In this document: one piece after another, positions 15,384-20,000 of the stretch
Layout of the letters: each line of letters starts with the position of its first letter
Numbering within the stretch: the stretch's first letter is position 1
Source of the DNA: an uncultured virus (IMG/VR IMGVR_UViG_3300042456_000185)
Lineage: Duplodnaviria; Heunggongvirae; Uroviricota; Caudoviricetes; Crassvirales
Virus record (IMG/VR): IMGVR_UViG_3300042456_000185
Length of the DNA: 20,000 nt
Strand: one strand, 5' to 3'
The notes under the pieces: generated by a model
Told to the model about the DNA's origin: nothing
Seen by the model: the letters and a program-made list of their open reading frames with translations, nothing else
Database searches by the model: none
Position numbers and translations under genes: made by a program

Positions 15384-16538
15384 TTAAACACGGAATCTGA
15401 GGAGATTATCGGACTGTCCTAGAGCATTCCTCAGCTGCTCTAATACAGCATCATTCGTTGGAACATTGACTGGGTTCGGTGATCCAGCGTCAACGTTAGC
15501 GGCCTTCTCTACAAGTTTGCGCTGCCCGTCCGACAGACCCTGGTTGTAGACATTCTTGACAATTTCATCAATGTTGTCCAAAACAGTTCTGTGTGCGTTC
15601 AGCATCTCGTAGTTCCAGTCCCCTTTCTCGTTCACGTACTGGTCAAAGAAAGTCTCCAGGTTACCGTTCTTCTGTTTCAGTTCGTTCTTGTAGGTGTCGT
15701 TAATACCGAACTTGAAGGCTTTGTCCTGACCGAGCTCAAACTCAATCGATTCAAATTCATCAACCTCACGGTACAGCTGACTTCTCCAAGAGTCATCGAA
15801 CGGAGACTCATAACTAGCTTCCTGACTCTGTTCCTTTGGCTTCGGCATAAGATATGAACTGCGAACAGATTCAATCTCATTCCTGGCCTTGTCTGCATCA
15901 ATCTTTAAACGTAGCTTAGACAACCGGACTTCATCCTCTGAGTACATATCCTCATCGAGTTTGTACTGAGAGTTGACAAGCAGGCTAACCTCTTCTGAGG
16001 ACAGGTTAGGATACTCGTTGGCCATCTTTAGACGGACAGCACTCATATCATCCATATCGGATGGGTTGAGTGTTTGGTATCGGAACCAGTCTTCTGGAGA
16101 TCTGCCAGTCTTCTCAACGAAGTCTGCAATCACCTTCACACGTTCATCGATCTCTCGCTGTGCTTCGCTCGAAGTTGCCGTGAGTTCCTCTAGGCTGCTA
16201 ATTGAACGTCCGAGCCTCTCGCTCAGAAAGTCCAATACAACAGATTCAATTTCCTCATCAGAAATATCTTGCGATTGGGGTTCATTATTTAAAGAACTAT
16301 CTGGAGTTGGCTCAGCCGCAGGTGTGCTGTCAGCTGGAGCTGGCTCCGAAGATGTTGTATCAGGCTCTGGGGTCTTGGTTAAGTCAATATCCGCAGGACC
16401 AAATACTTGAGAAAGGTCTCCGTCTCCCTGTCCTGAGTTATCAAAGTCAACTCCCTCTAGTGAGACATCACCTGGCATAGTGTCAGATACTTCAAAGCCT
16501 AGGGCCTTTAAGTCATCGTTATTCAAAGAATCATTCAT
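15384..16538 (-). CDS. Acidic scaffold-like protein upstream of the major capsid gene (384 aa)
   Basis: Disordered D/E/P/S-rich N-terminus, helical core (FVEKTGRSPEDW...), YNQGLSDG near the C-terminus; immediately precedes MCP. Confidence 0.72.
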   Translation of the reverse strand: MNDSLNNDDLKALGFEVSDTMPGDVSLEGVDFDNSGQGDGDLSQVFGPADIDLTKTPEPDTTSSEPAPADSTPAAEPTPDSSLNNEPQSQDISDEEIESVVLDFLSERLGRSISSLEELTATSSEAQREIDERVKVIADFVEKTGRSPEDWFRYQTLNPSDMDDMSAVRLKMANEYPNLSSEEVSLLVNSQYKLDEDMYSEDEVRLSKLRLKIDADKARNEIESVRSSYLMPKPKEQSQEASYESPFDDSWRSQLYREVDEFESIEFELGQDKAFKFGINDTYKNELKQKNGNLETFFDQYVNEKGDWNYEMLNAHRTVLDNIDEIVKNVYNQGLSDGQRKLVEKAANVDAGSPNPVNVPTNDAVLEQLRNALGQSDNLLRFRV

Positions 16539-16565
16539 TTTAATTAAAGTGTTGGTTTAACAAAG

Positions 16566-16573
16566 CAAAATTA
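16566..16573 (-). promoter_or_regulatory. Bacteroidota -7 promoter element (TAATTTTG) for the scaffold/capsid genes
   Basis: TAnnTTTG match in the intergenic gap upstream of ATG 16538. Confidence 0.72.
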
Positions 16574-16597
16574 GTAAAAATTCAGCAAGAACTTTTA

Positions 16598-17008
16598 TCA
16601 GGCTACAGTCGTGGTAAGAACACCTGCGTTGTTTACGCTGATCTTGTATTTCGTTCCATTTGGAGCCGTAAGGATTACGCCATCTGCGCTGGAGTTAAAT
16701 AGGACATCCCCACTAGGTCTAACCTCATTTGGGTTTATGTTAGCTCCATTAATAGCAGACACCACAGAAGCTGTCGGGACAGTGGCAGTAATCTTCTCAG
16801 TCAGAGCACTGTAGGTAAACTCGACACTTGCGCTATTTGCAAATGAGTCGAAAGATCTTGGGATGGTGTAGTACAGATTATCATCACCCTCAGTGACCAA
16901 ATCTGTATTGTAGTCCCCAGCTTGTGCTTGAATCGTTCCAGTTCTTCCGAAGATGGAGAAAACTGAACACACGGGGAGCTTTACTGTAATTGCGGGATTG
17001 CAGCTCAT
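16598..17008 (-). CDS. Short fibre/decoration-like structural protein (136 aa)
   Basis: SIFGRTGTIQAQAGDY, TDLVTEGDDNLYYT and C-terminal GVILTAPNGTKYKISVNNAGVLTT are all motifs typical of phage fibre proteins. Confidence 0.62.
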   Translation of the reverse strand: MSCNPAITVKLPVCSVFSIFGRTGTIQAQAGDYNTDLVTEGDDNLYYTIPRSFDSFANSASVEFTYSALTEKITATVPTASVVSAINGANINPNEVRPSGDVLFNSSADGVILTAPNGTKYKISVNNAGVLTTTVA

Positions 17009-17009
17009 A

Positions 17010-17372
17010 TTATTGTGTTATATCTTGGTTAACTGTAAATGTTCCATATAGCCACGTCATAACTATAAGAGACACGTCATCCGTTGCCTGAACATCATAT
17101 GCGTAGATACCAGCGTCTACATCAGCCATCACCTCGGCTTCTACGGTAATTTTTAGCATACCATCTACACCAGTCTCGTAGGTGAAGGAATCGTCTGTGA
17201 TAATAATCGTATCAGAACCTGGGTACGCTCTAACCTCAGTCTTAAACGTAAACTGGGTTGTATCTATCGGGGCCCCCGTAAGGTCGTCTACATAGGTATT
17301 AAGAATAAACGTGTCACCACGTCTACAGGTAATATCCAACCTCAAACCAGGATCTACATTTACTTTTGCCAT
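17010..17372 (-). CDS. Ig-like fibre adaptor protein (BppU N-terminal-like; 120 aa, start revised to MAKVNVDPG)
   Basis: LDITCRRGDTF...AGIYAYDVQ...WLYGTFTVNQDIT pattern; ATG 1 nt after the HNH stop codon. Confidence 0.65.
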   Translation of the reverse strand: MAKVNVDPGLRLDITCRRGDTFILNTYVDDLTGAPIDTTQFTFKTEVRAYPGSDTIIITDDSFTYETGVDGMLKITVEAEVMADVDAGIYAYDVQATDDVSLIVMTWLYGTFTVNQDITQ

Positions 17373-17373
17373 A

Positions 17374-17889
17374 TCACCACTTGATTTTGTCAGCCACTGA
17401 TTTACACATATATGTAAAATCATCTTGACTATATTGTTGTTTACACATATTTACCATCTTGTGAAGCCATTGTAAATTTCCAGCCTCATATCCATAGGAT
17501 GAATCTATTCTGTCAAGTGAAGCCGTATTATGTCCAACCCCCATTGCGTCAATATCCCAGCCAGTTAGGGCGCACTTAAAATCCTGTTGTACTAGCAAAT
17601 CAGCAAGATATTCAAAATCAACATCCCACTTTATATTTCTAAGTTCCGCATTAACTTTATACTTTCTAGCAAAAGATACTCTTAAAACGCCATTAACCCA
17701 TCCCTTATGTGCGTTGCTTTCTGGGGTTGAGTTAGAGCACTTTTTGCAAACCTTCCCCTCTTGGAAAGATAGAAACGCATAATTCCTCCTTAGATAAGAG
17801 CAGGGGTTTCCGCAAGATGGGCAAGATTTATACCATCTTCCATCAGGCCCTTTTGTTACATCGTTTGGAAGTGTTATCAGAGTAGGCAT
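17374..17889 (-). CDS. Free-standing HNH-type homing endonuclease with N-terminal zinc ribbon (~171 aa)
   Basis: CPSC...CKKC zinc ribbon; CALTG...ASLDRIDSSYGYEAGNLQWLHKMVNMCK beta-beta-alpha-metal motif common in phage endonucleases; more AT-rich than flanking genes by eye. Confidence 0.85.
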   Translation of the reverse strand: MPTLITLPNDVTKGPDGRWYKSCPSCGNPCSYLRRNYAFLSFQEGKVCKKCSNSTPESNAHKGWVNGVLRVSFARKYKVNAELRNIKWDVDFEYLADLLVQQDFKCALTGWDIDAMGVGHNTASLDRIDSSYGYEAGNLQWLHKMVNMCKQQYSQDDFTYMCKSVADKIKW

Positions 17890-18188
17890 AGCATAGGAAT
17901 TAAAATCCACTTCACCCTATTAGCCCAAAAAGCTGCGCTCATTTTACCTTTAGCTATATTAGCTGCGTGGCGAGCTTTAAAGCTGGCCCTCTTCTTTTGT
18001 CTTGACTCACTAGGATTGGACTCTGTAACAGTGTCAGCGCCCTGCTCTCCGAAGCGGATAAGCTTTACTCTGTCCCCATCTTTAGCGAGGACAATGTGTG
18101 ATTTTTTAGGATGACTTGGCGTTCTCTTAGCCTTATTCACCCCGCTGAGTCCGTATTTGGACAGCATATTTTTCACTCTTGTATCCAT
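17877..18188 (-). CDS. Small basic conserved phage protein (103 aa; start revised to MDTRVKN)
   Basis: KRTPSHPKKSHIVLAK...KLIRFGEQG...RASFKARH...KGKMSAAFWANRVKW, a small phage protein type I recognise; here with a 9-aa tail overlapping the HNH start. Confidence 0.75.
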   Translation of the reverse strand: MDTRVKNMLSKYGLSGVNKAKRTPSHPKKSHIVLAKDGDRVKLIRFGEQGADTVTESNPSESRQKKRASFKARHAANIAKGKMSAAFWANRVKWILIPMLCLL

Positions 18189-18193
18189 ACAGA

Positions 18194-18201
18194 CAAAGGT
18201 A
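18194..18201 (-). promoter_or_regulatory. Bacteroidota -7 promoter element (TACCTTTG), probably giving a leaderless mRNA
   Basis: TAnnTTTG 5 nt upstream of ATG 18188, directly after a terminator U-tract. Confidence 0.72.
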
Positions 18202-18204
18202 TAC

Positions 18205-18234
18205 AAAAAAAGGTAGCCCTTTTGGGGCCACCTT
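18205..18234 (-). terminator. Intrinsic terminator
   Basis: AGGTGGCCC-CAAAA-GGGCTACCT stem (one G.U pair) running into a T7 tract. Confidence 0.8.
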
Positions 18235-18253
18235 CTTCTGCAAATCCTAGAGC

Positions 18254-18535
18254 TTACTTGTACTCGAAGTACCCCTCATCGAGGTTAATACTTCCATCAC
18301 CGTACTTCTCTCCTAACTTCTTTCTGACACCTTCAAGCTGTTCGTTCTGATGCTTCCACTTCTCGAAGTATCCAGAAATCTCTCCCTGGATGGACAACTT
18401 ATGGATAGACAGTTTTGCAATTACAGCCTCAATCTCAGCTGCAGCTTGAATCATTGTCTTGAGAGAGGTAACCTCTTCCTGTTCGAGATTAATTCTCTTG
18501 GGTTCTTGAACCACTTCGTCTTGCACTTTTTCCAT
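18254..18535 (-). CDS. Small coiled-coil protein (93 aa; start revised to MEKVQDE)
   Basis: Heptad pattern and C-terminal KYGDGSINLDEGYF; A-rich leader with upstream promoter; possibly a fibre assembly chaperone (inference). Confidence 0.7.
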   Translation of the reverse strand: MEKVQDEVVQEPKRINLEQEEVTSLKTMIQAAAEIEAVIAKLSIHKLSIQGEISGYFEKWKHQNEQLEGVRKKLGEKYGDGSINLDEGYFEYK

Positions 18536-18556
18536 TTTTAATGATTTAAGTTTGTA

Positions 18557-18564
18557 CAAATATA
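18557..18564 (-). promoter_or_regulatory. Bacteroidota -7 promoter element (TATATTTG)
   Basis: TAnnTTTG match in the intergenic gap upstream of ATG 18535. Confidence 0.75.
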
Positions 18565-18572
18565 GTGAAAAA

Positions 18573-18965
18573 TTACGCTGGGATATACGGCTCACTTACA
18601 CCAATCGTGAGGGTAACACTAGATGGGGTAATCTGGTTCTGAATCTGTTGAGCGATAGAAGCCTCTAGCTCAGCTACTCTTTCAGCTCCCATCTCTTCCT
18701 GGGTCCAGGCTGTTACCTGAGCTGCAAAAGCATCACAAGCCGCTTGATCTGATGGCTCCGGGAATGGGATGAATCCTTCTGGTTGGATCGTGGCTACAGA
18801 TAGTGTCTGAGTTCCGATAGAGGTAGCATAGTACTTTTTTCCACCTTCCTCGGTAGTCCCGGTCAAGCGCCAGTGGACATTGTACACGACATCGTTCAAT
18901 CCGTCATATAGAGGATAGACATCAGTGGTCTTGCAATTCCATTCGTAAGTGATTTGTGCTGACAT
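18573..18965 (-). CDS. Tail-fibre-associated protein (130 aa)
   Basis: TYEWNCKTTDVYP...DVVYNVHWRLTG...FIPF...VTAW...LEASIAQQI pattern, a type I associate with positions just downstream of fibre genes in aquatic phages. Confidence 0.7.
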   Translation of the reverse strand: MSAQITYEWNCKTTDVYPLYDGLNDVVYNVHWRLTGTTEEGGKKYYATSIGTQTLSVATIQPEGFIPFPEPSDQAACDAFAAQVTAWTQEEMGAERVAELEASIAQQIQNQITPSSVTLTIGVSEPYIPA

Positions 18966-18986
18966 AGTTATTGTTTTATGTGTTTA

Positions 18987-18994
18987 CAAATATA
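18987..18994 (-). promoter_or_regulatory. Bacteroidota -7 promoter element (TATATTTG)
   Basis: TAnnTTTG match between the fibre stop (18999) and ATG 18965. Confidence 0.75.
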
Positions 18995-18998
18995 AGAA

Positions 18999-20000
18999 TT
19001 AATTAGTCCCTTCCATTAATGTTAAAGCGCAATAGTAAATTTCTGGAGTGTAGTTAGAAAGTGTATCTGCTTGTACTACTATCGTATCTCCACCTGTAAC
19101 AACAGCGGGGTCAATGGGTATGTGGAATGTAAATACAGTGGTAGTGCATCCTTCGTCTTTAGACATATAACCATTCCAAGAATGTGTTGTTCCTTGAACG
19201 TCAGACATTGGCGATGCGTTATATAGTCTAAACTGAAATCCATTAAATGCGTCAGAGGTTGAAACATTACTTACACCAAAAGTAATGGTTGCCATTAATT
19301 TATTTGATCCAGTTAACAAAGAAGGCACTGTTGCCATAACTGTTTGAGTATTTATCTCAACATCGGCAAAACCACCTCCAGGTATAACAAATGGAGTCGA
19401 TAGATCTTCATAGTAAACTGAACCGGTACTTGCCCTTCCAGAAACTTCAATTACAGCAGTTGACCCACTAGCTGTTGCATTTACATTATCCCCAATGAAG
19501 TTAAGAGTTGTAAATGAAGAACCGATTGTAGTGCCTTCGTCTTTGACGATGATTGTGGACCCCCCTCCGCCACCACCGGTTACCCATTCGGTTCCAGTTC
19601 CTGTGGATGAAAGGACTTGTCCAGATGATCCGGGAGAATTTAATGAATCATAAATTGCACCAGTGATTCTTGCGCTTCCTACAACGTGCAGTTTCTGCGT
19701 TGGTGCTGTTGTGTTAATTCCGACATCACCATTGCCCAAGATGGACATTTTTTCTGTTCTGCCAGCAGGGAGGTATGTGCTGTAATCCTGAGTAAAGAAT
19801 CCAAGTCTAGGATTTAAAAAAGTGGGATTACCTGCCGTATTGATACTTCTAATTTCAGAGCCATACCAATCATCTCCTGAAGAAGTAGATGAATGTAGCG
19901 TTATACCACTGTAGTTACCAGTTCCTGTAGCCCCACTAGCAAAACTTGCAACATTCCCGCTAGAACCTTTTAAAACCTGTAGTTTTGCACTTGGACTAGT
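18999..20000 (-). CDS. Tail fibre protein, C-terminal part (5'-truncated by window edge)
   Basis: Frame is open from 20000 (TSPSAKLQV...) through the track start at 19748; GDVGINTTAPTQKLHVVG repeat, GSSGQVLSSTGTGTEW, Gly linker, VKDEGTTIGSSFTTLNFIG, then a beta-rich terminal domain. Confidence 0.85.
   Translation of the reverse strand, partial: TSPSAKLQVLKGSSGNVASFASGATGTGNYSGITLHSSTSSGDDWYGSEIRSINTAGNPTFLNPRLGFFTQDYSTYLPAGRTEKMSILGNGDVGINTTAPTQKLHVVGSARITGAIYDSLNSPGSSGQVLSSTGTGTEWVTGGGGGGSTIIVKDEGTTIGSSFTTLNFIGDNVNATASGSTAVIEVSGRASTGSVYYEDLSTPFVIPGGGFADVEINTQTVMATVPSLLTGSNKLMATITFGVSNVSTSDAFNGFQFRLYNASPMSDVQGTTHSWNGYMSKDEGCTTTVFTFHIPIDPAVVTGGDTIVVQADTLSNYTPEIYYCALTLMEGTN

Noticed and set aside
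15677..15901. Alternative-frame ORF inside the scaffold gene (likewise 11794-12006, 6655-6843, 8020-8205, 19079-19267)
   Set aside because: Composition typical of +1 shadows; they overlap well-formed main-frame sequence and lack start signals.
17374..17910. Group I intron carrying the HNH
   Set aside because: The HNH ORF fills the whole insert, leaving no evident room for a ribozyme core, and the host gene already has a complete replacement end.
1..20000. Stop-codon reassignment (TAG or TGA) as in some Crassvirales
   Set aside because: All main genes are intact under code 11 and end in TAA or TGA. No main gene ends in TAG, but none contains an in-frame TAG either, so there is no positive evidence of recoding.
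1..20000. CRISPR array, tRNA, DGR repeats or integrase
   Set aside because: No regularly spaced repeats, cloverleaf, long near-identical repeat pair, reverse transcriptase or recombinase motifs seen by eye; intergenic gaps are all under about 80 nt.

Overview
Late (virion structural) region of a Bacteroidota-infecting, crAss-like/Crassvirales-related podovirus; every credible gene is on the minus strand. Order of transcription (right to left): tail fibre (5'-truncated), small fibre-associated proteins, a small basic protein gene with an HNH endonuclease apparently inserted at its 3' end, two small adaptor/fibre proteins, acidic scaffold-like protein, major capsid protein, a conserved post-capsid protein, two ring/tail-tubular proteins, a 1740-aa tail stabilisation/muzzle protein, two probable cargo/ejection proteins, and a giant cargo protein. 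The giant gene (>1326 aa) starts at 3980, runs off the left edge, is missing from the supplied ORF track, and has a zincin HELFH...EEFLAE motif. Seven Bacteroidota -7 promoters (TAnnTTTG) and three hairpin terminators punctuate the region. The most unusual signal is hidden coding inside the giant gene: an A10 slippery run with a hairpin 5 nt downstream that would give a -1 product ending in an amphipathic beta-strand tail, and two small +1-frame genes nested in its linkers. Family assignments come from my own translation, motif recognition and synteny; no database searches were run.
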